Below the pieces are notes generated by a model. That model searched no databases. It was not told where the DNA came from and saw only the letters and a program-made list of their open reading frames with translations. Positions 9,098-18,512 of a stretch of 22,547 nucleotides of DNA are shown one piece after another (within the stretch, counting starts at the first letter, position 1; the number at the start of each line of letters is the position of its first letter). Both the position numbers and the translations under genes were made by a program. This DNA comes from Bdellovibrionota bacterium (GTDB lineage Bacteria > Bdellovibrionota_C > UBA2361 > OMIW01), in the NCBI GenBank assembly GCA_044345055.1, contig JBIJBT010000046.1, positions 1 to 22,547 of the forward strand. The letters are read 5' to 3'.

Positions 9098-9925
9098 ATG
9101 AACAGCTCTGAAGAGATTCATCTTGTCGATACCCATGTTCATCTTGATGCTCCAGTTTTTACTGATGACTGTGACGCGGTCATCGGTAGAGCGAGAGAGC
9201 TCGGGGTAACTCGCATGATCACCATCGGCTCAGGATATGGGATTGAATCAGCAGAGAGAGCAATCGCGATTGCCGAGCGCTATCCTGAATCGGTGTGGTG
9301 TTCGGTTGGGGTACATCCACTAGATGCATCTCTTCCTCACACCGACGAGCTGTTAAGTGCTCTTGAGGAGCGCGCCCGCCACCCTCGCGTAGTTGCGATT
9401 GGTGAGGCCGGAATAGATCTTCACTGGAATAAAGATCCGTTGCCGATTCAGGAGAGATGGTTTATCGATCAGATTCAGCTTGCTCGGCGAGTCCGAAAAC
9501 CGCTCATCATACACTCTCGAGAGGCTGGGGAGCGGTGCATCGAACTCCTGCGAGAGTATGGTGCCGATGAGGTTGGAGGAGTCTTTCACTGTTTTGCGGA
9601 GGATGCTTCATTTGCGATGCGACTGCGAGATTTGAATTTTCTCGTATCGTTTACCGGAGTGCTAACCTTCAAAAAAGCTGAGCTTACTCGATCGATAGCG
9701 GCGAGTATTCCGCTCTCGCAAATTATGGTTGAGACCGATGGGCCATATATGGCGCCTGAGCCTCACCGAGGAAAAAGATGCGAGCCTGCATTTACCAGAT
9801 ATACAGCCGAGTGTCTCGCAGCAACTCATCGCGTATCGCTCGAAGAGCTGGCGGCAGTGACATCCCGAAATGCAGAGCGGCTTTTTGGGATTCCGAGCTT
9901 AAAAGCTGATGAGGCGAGGAATTAA
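9098..9925 (+). CDS. tatD: TatD family DNase
   Basis: DTHVH, GVHP, AIGEAGID, IIHSREA, GVFHCF, ETDGPYMAP. Start 9098 or 9080. Confidence 0.93.
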   Translation: MNSSEEIHLVDTHVHLDAPVFTDDCDAVIGRARELGVTRMITIGSGYGIESAERAIAIAERYPESVWCSVGVHPLDASLPHTDELLSALEERARHPRVVAIGEAGIDLHWNKDPLPIQERWFIDQIQLARRVRKPLIIHSREAGERCIELLREYGADEVGGVFHCFAEDASFAMRLRDLNFLVSFTGVLTFKKAELTRSIAASIPLSQIMVETDGPYMAPEPHRGKRCEPAFTRYTAECLAATHRVSLEELAAVTSRNAERLFGIPSLKADEARN

Positions 9926-9943
9926 TAGAGGAAGCAACGAGCG

Positions 9944-10720
9944 ATGGAAGATACATTACTGAGCCGAGAAGCGGCGGGGGTGCTACACCTCACCATCAAT
10001 CGACCAAACGAGAAAAACGCTCTCAATCGATCTCTTGTTCGTTTGTTGCATGATGAAATTAATAGAGCAGCTACAGATCCTGCAATTCGGGTGATTCTCC
10101 TCTCTGGTGCTGGGGAAGCAGCATTTTGCGCGGGTGCAGATCTTCAGGAACTTGCCGCACTCTCATCGACCGCTGAACGGCGCGACTTTTTTGGAGCAAT
10201 CGGTGCTCTAATCGGGGCATTTACCTCGTGTGCGAAACCAATTATCGCTAAAGTTAGGGGCTATGCACTCGCGGGAGGATGTGGATTAGTTGCTGCTTCA
10301 GATATCGTTGTTGCTTCCGAAGATTCGCTCTTTGGACTCCCTGAAATCCAGCTAGGGATAGCACCTCTGATGATCCTAGCACCTTTGTCTCGGTGCATAG
10401 GACACAAAGCGCTCGCTGATCTTGTCCTCACCGGTCAGCGTATCGGCGCGGAACGAGCACTGGCACTCGGTCTTGTTTCTCGAGTAGCGCCGAGCGAAGC
10501 GATAGATTCAGTTGCCGAAGAAATTGTGACCCGAATCGCGGGCTTCTCTCCTCAAGCTGTCTCTGTTGCAAAGAAAACCCTTTGGACCGCGCGCGATCAA
10601 GAGCTTTTTAATTCACTTGAAATTCTCGCCGATCGTATCGGTATTCTTGCGAGCTCCGAAGAAGCGCTTGAGGGTATCTCTGCATTCCTCGAAAAAAGGA
10701 GCCCTTCATGGAAACGCTAG
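9944..10720 (+). CDS. Enoyl-CoA hydratase/isomerase (crotonase) family protein
   Basis: LTINRPNEKNALN, AFCAGADL, KPIIAKVRGYALAGGCGL, FGLPEIQLG, EGISAFLEKRSP. Confidence 0.93.
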   Translation: MEDTLLSREAAGVLHLTINRPNEKNALNRSLVRLLHDEINRAATDPAIRVILLSGAGEAAFCAGADLQELAALSSTAERRDFFGAIGALIGAFTSCAKPIIAKVRGYALAGGCGLVAASDIVVASEDSLFGLPEIQLGIAPLMILAPLSRCIGHKALADLVLTGQRIGAERALALGLVSRVAPSEAIDSVAEEIVTRIAGFSPQAVSVAKKTLWTARDQELFNSLEILADRIGILASSEEALEGISAFLEKRSPSWKR

Positions 10721-11535
10721 ATCTTTCTTTTGGTCCGTTTCGGGTGAAAGAGATCGTCTTTGGAAGATTTCGCCTCGATGGCGGAGCGATGTTCGGCTCG
10801 GTGCCTCGGGCACTCTGGGGAAAGCTTATCCCACCTGATGACTCAAATCGGATTCCGATGGTGGCTCGTAGCCTTGTTGTCGAGACGACAGATCGGGTGT
10901 TTCTCATCGATGCCGGACTGGGAGATAAGATGTCCGACAAAGAGCGAGCGATTTATGAGATAAACAATAGTCCGAAATGGGAACAGAGCGTAGATCCAAC
11001 CGATATCATCCTCACCCATCTTCATTTTGATCACTGCGGCGGAATTAGTCGATGGATCAATCCAGATGATAAAACTATTGCGCTAACCTGGCCAAAAGCG
11101 CGAATTCACATTCAGGAAGCGAATATCGAAACGGCCTCTTCTCCATCGATAAAGGAGCGTGCAAGCTATCTGCGCGAAAATGTCTCGGCACTTTCTTTAA
11201 CTGAGACGGTACGGCACAGCGGATTTCAGGAGATATCATCCGGGATAACGGTTCATCGGGTAAATGGTCACACCGACGGAATGCAGTGGGTTGAGATTCG
11301 CTCCGGTTCCGATGTTGTACTTTTTCCCTCTGACCTCATCCCAACATCAGCTCATCTTCATCCCGCCTACACCATGGGATACGATATGAATGCTCGCGAA
11401 GTCCTTCGCGAAAAACGGGATTTTCTCACTTATGCAGCCCGACACGAGGCAATCGTCGTATTTCAGCACGATCCAGTGCGAGCAGCTTTGAGGATATTTG
11501 AGCGAAATGGCACTTTTGTCGGTGAGCCGATCTGA
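10708..11535 (+). CDS. MBL-fold metallo-hydrolase (YtnP-like)
   Basis: FRLDGGAMFGSVP, LIDAG, THLHFDHCGG (HxHxDH), GHTDG, SDLIP, MGYD, FQHD. Overlaps the upstream gene by 13 bp. Confidence 0.9.
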   Translation: METLDLSFGPFRVKEIVFGRFRLDGGAMFGSVPRALWGKLIPPDDSNRIPMVARSLVVETTDRVFLIDAGLGDKMSDKERAIYEINNSPKWEQSVDPTDIILTHLHFDHCGGISRWINPDDKTIALTWPKARIHIQEANIETASSPSIKERASYLRENVSALSLTETVRHSGFQEISSGITVHRVNGHTDGMQWVEIRSGSDVVLFPSDLIPTSAHLHPAYTMGYDMNAREVLREKRDFLTYAARHEAIVVFQHDPVRAALRIFERNGTFVGEPI

Positions 11536-11607
11536 TGAATTGACCGAAAAAAGTTCAACTCACACCAAACTGCTAGCATTTTTTTTGGGCCGCACTTAAC
11601 GCAACTC

Positions 11608-14600
11608 CTACCGAATCATCTCCCGCATAAATTCACCCAGTCGCGAACCCTCTATTTCCATAAGTTCACTAGGTGAACCAAACTCCTGCAATTCTCCCCG
11701 CTCAAGCACCATGATGAAATCAGAATCGATCACGGTTCCGAGGCGATGTGCGATGACAACAACGGTAGATTGCGCGAATTCCCGCCGAATAGTCCGTTGG
11801 ATACATGCGTCGGTCTCGACATCAATTTGCGCGGTTGCCTCATCGAGTACGATGATGCGGCTTCCGCGAAGGAGTGCGCGTGCCAGACACAGTAATTGGC
11901 GCTGGCCAGAGCTCAGATTGGATCCCCCCTCCTGAAGCTCAAAATCAAGCCCTTTTGGTAGCGATCGCACAAAGCTCTCTAACTCAACACGAAAAAGTAC
12001 AGCCCTGATTTCATCATCACTCGCCAGGCCAAGGGGATCGAGAGCCATCCGAAGTGAACCGGAAAAGAGAACAGGTTCCTGCGGAACGATTGTGAGCGCG
12101 GAGCGGAGTGCGGCGAGGGAGAGCGTCGAGGTGTTTACTCCATCTATCTCAACATGCCCGTTGCTGATATCGACCAGTCGGGCGAGCGCAAGAATTAGAG
12201 TGCTCTTTCCTGAGCCGGTTCGACCAATGACACCGACCCGCTTTCCTGCGGGGATGGTGCAAGTTACCCGATTCAGCGCGGGCGAAAGCTCCGGTCGATA
12301 TCGCACCGAAAGATCGTGCAGCTTTATCTCTCCGTGGAGTGGCCAATCAGGAGGTGGAATGACTGCGGATCTCGACTCGGGCGGAGTTGATGCGTAATAG
12401 GTGATACGCTCGTACGAAGTGAGATGGCTCTCAGCCTGAACAAGAGAGCGGACGAACCAGTTCATCGAACCGCTCACATTAATCGCGTAGGTCAATAATA
12501 GCCCCACAAGTGCTGTTGGTATTGCTGATGCGGGAGTCAAAGATACTGCGACACCGCCAGCGAGAACAACAACGGCTGCAAGAAATTCAAGACGCAATCC
12601 GACCCACCGAGCAGACGAGGTAAGGGTGTACCATGTACGCGCATGATGATTAAGCATCGAATCAAGTCGACGGGTAAATGCTCGCACTAGTCCACTCGAT
12701 CGAATCGTATCAACACCATTTAACGACTCTGCGTAGTGAACAAAAATCGGCGAGCGCGCGATTGATTCAAGCCGCTGAGCTTCACGACCTGTTGGACGTA
12801 TTTTCTTCTGGATCCAGAAGTAGGATAAAAAGAGTGGCACCAAGACAATGACTGTGCGCGGATCGATAAATAGAAGAAATCCGCATACTACTACTACCTC
12901 GAGGGCACAATGAGTGCAATCGAGAAGGGTTCGCGGCAGATACACCTCAATCGTCTCAAGATCACGACTAAATCGATTGAGAATACGCCCTACAGGATTT
13001 TCTTCGAAGAAACGGAGCGGGGCCGCAAGTATGCCATGTAAAAGAGCAGAATGCGCCGAAACACCTGCTCGCAATCCAGCAGAGAGAAAGAGATACCATC
13101 GCATAAAATGGAAAATCGCGAGAAGCAGTGCAAGGCCGCAATAACCACTTATAAAAAGATATGCAGAGGAGATCGATCCTCGGGAATACGAGGCAAGCCA
13201 CAGATCGGTTGTAAGCGAAACTGCGTGTCGACCAACGAGCATTAATATGAGAAGAACTAATAGACCGCCCGGGGCAAAAATTTGTAGATACTCAAAAACC
13301 ACACGGGGAGCGATTGCTCCAACCTCTCTCTCCTCTCCAGCGATCACCGATTGGGTTGATGTATTTTCAGACGATAGCTGTTTACCGTTTTCCGGAGAGA
13401 CACCTGACTCATCCAACGGCTGATCTTCATTTTTTTCAGGAGCAACCGCTCCTCCTGTCGCCATCTCCTGATGCACACCAACGAGCTCTGAAAAGCGGCC
13501 TCCCTGCTCTATTAACTCGCTCGGTGCTCCATCCTCAATTATAGAACCGTTCTCAACTATTAAAACACGATCAGATCTCAGAGCATATTCAAGCCGATGA
13601 GTGACAAGAACTCGTGTTGTCCCGCAAAGCTCCTCTTTGATCAAGCGATCAAAGACTGCATTTGCAACCGCAGGATCAAGCGCGCTCAATGGATCGTCGA
13701 ATAGATACATCTCTGCTTGCGCATAAAATGCCCGAGCAAGAGCTATCCGCTGCCGCTGGCCTCCTGAGAGATTTACCCCTCTTTCGCCGATCTCCGTTGC
13801 ATCCCCCTGCGGAAATGCGAAAAGATCTAGATCGAGGCAACTTGCTTTCAATGCTCGATGATAAAGCAATTCATCGAACGGGCGACCTGCGAGGATATTA
13901 TTTCTAATCGAATCACTGACTATCCACGGTTGTTGTGAAACGTATCCTGGAGCGGCGTATAACTCTACAGACCCGGTGCTCGGAGGAAGCTCATTGAGTA
14001 AGCCAAGAAGGAGAGCTGTTTTTCCGCCACCCACGCTCCCAACAACAGCAATTAATTCGCCTTTTCTGACCGTTAATTCTGGAATAGTTAGCGCGACCTC
14101 TCCCTGCTGCCACTCGAATCGGGCCTGAGCAATCCGAATCGCCACATCAATACCCTCAACGACTCGCGGCCCACCATGCTCACGTCGTCCGAGGAAACGC
14201 TCGATCCGTCCAAGTGAAATAATCGCCTCAATGGTATTTGCTATCGTGTCAGGCAGAGTGTTCAGTGTCATTCGCAATAGAAGTATTAACCCCATTGCGG
14301 GGAATACGGTCGATGGGGTTAATTCACCACCACGTGCTGCAAACACACTGAATGTGCCAACGAGCGCAAGCGGTGGCCCCATGTTTGACACGAGCCCCGC
14401 TACACTCGCCAGCCGATTAATTCTCCTGAGTCCCTCGACCTCCCTTTGACGGAGGGTGGAAATACGCTCCTGAAGTGGCTCTTCCCACGCCTGAAATTTC
14501 ACCATTTTGATATGGCTCAGAACCTCCGCAGTAAAGCCGACCCGTTTATCAACAAGACGCAAAACCTCTCTGCGAATATTATTCTGCTGTCTTACGAGAA

Positions 14601-15348
14601 GAGCCGAAACACCTACCAAAAGGGCGAGAGTGAAAGCACCAACTAGTCCAGAAACTCCGACGAATCTATAGAGAAGAAATAGCGCAAGAGAAAGCTGGAG
14701 CGGTTGATACCAGGTTGCATGAAGAAGACATCCCCACGACCAAATCTTGTTCGCATCGTTTATCATGAGACTCATGATATGTCCCGATGGAGAATCACGA
14801 CGTTCCGACCTCGCCAATCGCATCGCTTTTTCGAAGATAATAGCCCGAAGCGAGGTCTGCATCTTGGCCGCCGTGCCGACCTGATTAAAAAATAGATGAT
14901 GAACGGAGATAGTCGAGAGAGATGCACTGAGGAAAAGTGCGATTGAACACCCTAGCGAATAAATGGTTAAGGGAGAAAGACTAGTAAAAGAGGCGATGAC
15001 AAAAACAAACGATGGAAAGGTCGTCACCCGCCCTTCGAGTGAAAGAAGTAACTGCCGCAAAATAAGAGGGCTCACAAGTCCTATTACTAGGAGGCAAAGG
15101 GAGAGAAAAAATACTTTTAGCAGTTCACGATGAACACTATTGAGTAGAGCAAAGAGCAAACTATAGGCTCGCTGTGGAGCTTGTTTAACCAACGCTTTTT
15201 TCAACCTATCTAACTGCTCGACCGCATCAAAATCGGGGGGAAGATCTAGAAGTGTTTCAGCTGTAAGAGCCGTTTTCGTATTCCGATGAACGAATGGACT
15301 TGTCCAGAGGAAGAGGAGGCGCGAGACGAGGGAGGGGCGGTTACTCAT
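11608..15348 (-). CDS. Fused TMD-NBD-TMD-NBD ABC exporter of the ABCC/MRP type
   Basis: NBD1: GSVGGGKT, TEIGERGVNLSGGQRQR, YLFDDPLSALD. Linker EEREVG. TMD2: PLRFFEENPVGRILNRFSRD. NBD2: GRTGSGKS, NLSSGQRQLLCLARALL, LDEATAQID. Confidence 0.93.
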   Translation of the reverse strand: MSNRPSLVSRLLFLWTSPFVHRNTKTALTAETLLDLPPDFDAVEQLDRLKKALVKQAPQRAYSLLFALLNSVHRELLKVFFLSLCLLVIGLVSPLILRQLLLSLEGRVTTFPSFVFVIASFTSLSPLTIYSLGCSIALFLSASLSTISVHHLFFNQVGTAAKMQTSLRAIIFEKAMRLARSERRDSPSGHIMSLMINDANKIWSWGCLLHATWYQPLQLSLALFLLYRFVGVSGLVGAFTLALLVGVSALLVRQQNNIRREVLRLVDKRVGFTAEVLSHIKMVKFQAWEEPLQERISTLRQREVEGLRRINRLASVAGLVSNMGPPLALVGTFSVFAARGGELTPSTVFPAMGLILLLRMTLNTLPDTIANTIEAIISLGRIERFLGRREHGGPRVVEGIDVAIRIAQARFEWQQGEVALTIPELTVRKGELIAVVGSVGGGKTALLLGLLNELPPSTGSVELYAAPGYVSQQPWIVSDSIRNNILAGRPFDELLYHRALKASCLDLDLFAFPQGDATEIGERGVNLSGGQRQRIALARAFYAQAEMYLFDDPLSALDPAVANAVFDRLIKEELCGTTRVLVTHRLEYALRSDRVLIVENGSIIEDGAPSELIEQGGRFSELVGVHQEMATGGAVAPEKNEDQPLDESGVSPENGKQLSSENTSTQSVIAGEEREVGAIAPRVVFEYLQIFAPGGLLVLLILMLVGRHAVSLTTDLWLASYSRGSISSAYLFISGYCGLALLLAIFHFMRWYLFLSAGLRAGVSAHSALLHGILAAPLRFFEENPVGRILNRFSRDLETIEVYLPRTLLDCTHCALEVVVVCGFLLFIDPRTVIVLVPLFLSYFWIQKKIRPTGREAQRLESIARSPIFVHYAESLNGVDTIRSSGLVRAFTRRLDSMLNHHARTWYTLTSSARWVGLRLEFLAAVVVLAGGVAVSLTPASAIPTALVGLLLTYAINVSGSMNWFVRSLVQAESHLTSYERITYYASTPPESRSAVIPPPDWPLHGEIKLHDLSVRYRPELSPALNRVTCTIPAGKRVGVIGRTGSGKSTLILALARLVDISNGHVEIDGVNTSTLSLAALRSALTIVPQEPVLFSGSLRMALDPLGLASDDEIRAVLFRVELESFVRSLPKGLDFELQEGGSNLSSGQRQLLCLARALLRGSRIIVLDEATAQIDVETDACIQRTIRREFAQSTVVVIAHRLGTVIDSDFIMVLERGELQEFGSPSELMEIEGSRLGEFMREMIR

Positions 15349-15367
15349 TCGTGAAGGGTATCATATA

Positions 15368-15600
15368 ATCGGCTCGGCAACTATTCACCCCTTTAATTTC
15401 CAACAACCTCCCACAACCCCTTAGGGGTGGCGGGCGAAAGCCCGACGGGGGGAGACAACTAACTATTCAGCAAAAAACTGTCGACGAGCGTTTAGCGAGT
15501 CGATCCACCCGAATCACCACCGCGTCTCATGCTTTTAATCTCTCTCGAATTACTCTCTTAAAAGAGTTAGGCTGAATAGTTATCGGCTCGGCAACTATTC
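15368..15600. repeat. 19-bp direct repeat pair flanking a structured 195-bp segment
   Basis: ATCGGCTCGGCAACTATTC at 15368-15386 and 15582-15600, exact match. Confidence 0.85.
15460..15582. mobile_element. Putative MITE-like element with 12-bp terminal inverted repeats
   Basis: TAACTATTCAGC (15460-15471) and GCTGAATAGTTA (15571-15582); non-coding interior with small hairpins; no transposase in the window. Confidence 0.45.
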
Positions 15601-15627
15601 CGTTGAGCGAGTTGCTCACAGCTATTC

Positions 15628-17166
15628 TCAGCTTTCCTCTTTTCCTACAACCGTGCTGAATCTCCATCGGCGGGGCGATCCATCGAGGCATGTGATGCCT
15701 GCTTGTGCAAGACGATGGCGGAGAGCGTCTGCCTCTGGAAATCGCCGAACGGCGCGCAAAGAATCTCTTTTTTCGAGGAGCTCATGAAGCTCATCTAGGG
15801 TGAGCATCTCGCTTGAAGTTCCGCTCTCTTGGTATCGCCTCTTCACAACTTGCGAAGCATCACTGTACACCCTCTCAAACGAATAGCTCGGGGGAAAAAG
15901 AAGAAGTGTTTCACCGAATATACGAAGCTGCTTTCTTAACGCGACAAGAGCAGCAAGATGACGGAGCGGATTGCTAAGAAGAACGATCCCTCGTTGAACT
16001 GCTTCGTGCATTGCAGCGAGCACTAGCGGGGTATTCAGATCATTACTCAACGCATCGATACATCGGGAGCGAAGCTCATCAGCATGGACCTCCTCACCTT
16101 CTAATATATCGCTTGCAGCACCATCAGCGAGGAGCCCCAGTTTTTCCTCGGTTGTGTGGTGAACCTTTGCGAGCGCTGCAACCTGATGATCAAACCAAAA
16201 GAGATCGACGAGATTGTTTAATCGGTCCTCGAAGATCTTCTCCCGCACATTAATTGGAGAACGGTAATGCACCGAGAGAATGTTATACACAATTAGTGGT
16301 ATCCCCCACCGCTCTCTCGCATCCTGAATCGTGACAACATTCCCCTCGGACTTTGACATCTTCACCCCATCGATGAGCATCAAACCGAGATGAAACCAGG
16401 ATCTCACAAAGGGAGCATGATTGTGGCACTCAGCCTGAACAAGCTCATTTTCATGGTGAGGAAAGAGAAGATCGAGCCCTCCACAATGAATGTCTAACGT
16501 GTCCCCTAGTATCGAATTACTCATTGCGCAACACTCGGTGTGCCACCCGGGCCGTCCCCTTCCCCACGGAGAATCGAACGTTCCAATCGGGTCGGCGTTG
16601 CTTTTCCAGAGCACAAAATCAAGAGCGTGTTTTTTTTCTTTCCGCACCGGCGCACGAGTTCCAGAGAGAAGCTGCGCCGTATCGTGGCCTGCGAGCTTCC
16701 CGTAGGCGGGCGCACTCGCAATCGAAAAATAGATATCTCCCGAAGTTACCTGATAGGCATGTCCGCCATTAATGAGCTTCTCGATATACCGAATAATTGT
16801 CGCCAAATGTTCTGTTACCCGCGGCTCACGATCAGGCACCGGAACTCCCAACAGCAACATTTCAAGCTGATATTCCTCGGTATATCGTGTCGCAATAACG
16901 CCAGGATCTTCCCCGCGCTGCTTCGCTCGATTGACGATTTTATCGTCGATATCGGTGACATTTTGTACAAAAGTAACGGAATACCCAAGTAGCTTAAGGA
17001 ATTCCCGGAGAACGGCACACCGAATCGCAGTGGCAGCATGTCCAAGATGCGGGCGATCATAAGGAGTTATGCCACAAGCGTAGATCGTAATAGGCCGATT
17101 AGATCGTGAGTCCTCTACAGATCTTAGCAGCTCTCTCCGTCCTGTTTCCGTGTTGTAGAGCTCCAT
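15628..17166 (-). CDS. cysS: Cysteine--tRNA ligase (divergent)
   Basis: CGITPYDRPHLGH (HIGH), QNVTDIDDKI, DFVLWK, SPWGRGRPGWHTEC, DLLFPHHENE, KMSKS, DLNTP, and a C-terminal anticodon-binding region (EADALRHRL...G...D...WR). Confidence 0.88.
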   Translation of the reverse strand: MELYNTETGRRELLRSVEDSRSNRPITIYACGITPYDRPHLGHAATAIRCAVLREFLKLLGYSVTFVQNVTDIDDKIVNRAKQRGEDPGVIATRYTEEYQLEMLLLGVPVPDREPRVTEHLATIIRYIEKLINGGHAYQVTSGDIYFSIASAPAYGKLAGHDTAQLLSGTRAPVRKEKKHALDFVLWKSNADPIGTFDSPWGRGRPGWHTECCAMSNSILGDTLDIHCGGLDLLFPHHENELVQAECHNHAPFVRSWFHLGLMLIDGVKMSKSEGNVVTIQDARERWGIPLIVYNILSVHYRSPINVREKIFEDRLNNLVDLFWFDHQVAALAKVHHTTEEKLGLLADGAASDILEGEEVHADELRSRCIDALSNDLNTPLVLAAMHEAVQRGIVLLSNPLRHLAALVALRKQLRIFGETLLLFPPSYSFERVYSDASQVVKRRYQESGTSSEMLTLDELHELLEKRDSLRAVRRFPEADALRHRLAQAGITCLDGSPRRWRFSTVVGKEES

Positions 17167-17313
17167 GAGTCAGCCTCTGCAAAAAAAAGGGAGCATCGGG
17201 ATTTGTTCTTCAGCCGCAGTGTAGCAAAAGGGTGTCACAGTCCCAATGGGAAGGCTGGAGAGTTTGTGATTGTCGCGCTTATTTTGTCGCAAAACGCCCC
17301 TTTTTTCCTCCTT

Positions 17314-17342
17314 TTGCCGATGCTGGGGGTATTGGGTATAAT
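17314..17342 (+). promoter_or_regulatory. Candidate sigma70 promoter for ctaA
   Basis: TTGCCG (17314-17319), 17-bp spacer, TATAAT (17337-17342), 36 bp before ATG 17379. Confidence 0.55.
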
Positions 17343-17378
17343 TGGACCCGCTAATGTCTCGATGAGAAAAGGGCCGTC

Positions 17379-18437
17379 ATGACAACTGCGACTATTGTTT
17401 CCCGCGCCGTATCCACTTCAGCCGTAACTGGCTCCGATTCCAAATCGCACATCACTGCTATTGACTCGCTCCTTCGCGCGCTCACGGGCCTTCTCTCCTT
17501 GAGCTGTCTCTTCCTAATCTTCGTCGGTGGGCTCGTGAAAAGTCACGAGGCTGGACTTTCGGTCCCCGATTGGCCGACGACCTACGGGGACAATATGTTT
17601 CTATTCCCTTATCAGCTCTGGATTGGGGGGATTTTTTATGAACACGGCCATCGGCTGCTCGCCTCGGGGGTTGGACTGATGACCGTTATCGTTGCACTAG
17701 CAACCTTCATGCGGGACAAACGGCGACTTCCTCGGGTACTAAGTATCATCGCGGTGCTCACCGTTATCCTTCAGGGAACGCTAGGCGGATTGACGGTGTT
17801 GTATCGGCTGCCGCCGGCTATTTCAATTTGCCACGGCCTTCTCGCGCAGAGCTTCTTTCTTATCACGATTTCCCTCTACTTCCTTCAATCTAATTTATAT
17901 CGGCTTAGTGCCGCTCCTGCTGTATCGCAGCCTCAACTTCGAAATGGTCGTAAGCACGCCGCAATGATCATCGTGCTCCTTTATTTTCAGCTTCTCGCTG
18001 GTGCGGTCATGCGGCATAACGGTGCAGGAATGGCGCTTCTTGACTTTCCGACTATGGGGGGAAACTGGCTACCGAGTATCTCCTCAGAGGTTATTGATCG
18101 CGCAAATGCTTTACGGGCAGTGGTAAATCTTCCTGCGACCACCTCCCTTGCGGTAACTCTCCATCTTATTCATCGACTTGGCGGATTTGTGGTGGCGCTG
18201 GCGATAGGGTGGTTGCTTTTAAAACTTGCTCGTGGGCCGTTTCGGGGGACGCTAACTCATCGAGCAGGAGTAATTCTTGGCATCCTAACGGGGCTTCAGA
18301 TCGCTCTTGGGATTGGGTCTATTCTTTCGGTTCGAGAGCCGTTTCTGACCAGCTTTCACGTTGCTGTTGGCGCCGCAGTCTTAGGCGCAGCTCTCTGGGT
18401 TTTGCTGAGCACGTTTCGCGAGAAGCTAATCGACTGA
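17379..18437 (+). CDS. ctaA: Heme A synthase, COX15/CtaA family
   Basis: About 8 hydrophobic helices; GGLVKSHEAGLSVPDWP, YEHGHRL, QGTLGGLTV, HGLLAQ, IHRLG, FHVAVG conserved His motifs. Confidence 0.9.
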   Translation: MTTATIVSRAVSTSAVTGSDSKSHITAIDSLLRALTGLLSLSCLFLIFVGGLVKSHEAGLSVPDWPTTYGDNMFLFPYQLWIGGIFYEHGHRLLASGVGLMTVIVALATFMRDKRRLPRVLSIIAVLTVILQGTLGGLTVLYRLPPAISICHGLLAQSFFLITISLYFLQSNLYRLSAAPAVSQPQLRNGRKHAAMIIVLLYFQLLAGAVMRHNGAGMALLDFPTMGGNWLPSISSEVIDRANALRAVVNLPATTSLAVTLHLIHRLGGFVVALAIGWLLLKLARGPFRGTLTHRAGVILGILTGLQIALGIGSILSVREPFLTSFHVAVGAAVLGAALWVLLSTFREKLID

Positions 18438-18512
18438 TTGTGTTTTAAGCGTTGTCTCGGCTTTTTACCTCAGCGCTGTTCGACTTTTCATTTTTTCTCA
18501 TAGTACCACCGT

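Noticed and set aside
11571..11586. TGCTAGCA palindrome followed by T8 after the MBL gene
   Set aside because: Stem is too short to call an intrinsic terminator.
15368..15600. 19-bp repeat pair as mini-CRISPR or integron attC
   Set aside because: Only two copies with a 195-bp interval; the ends do not fit RYYYAAC/GTTRRRY; no integrase or cas gene.
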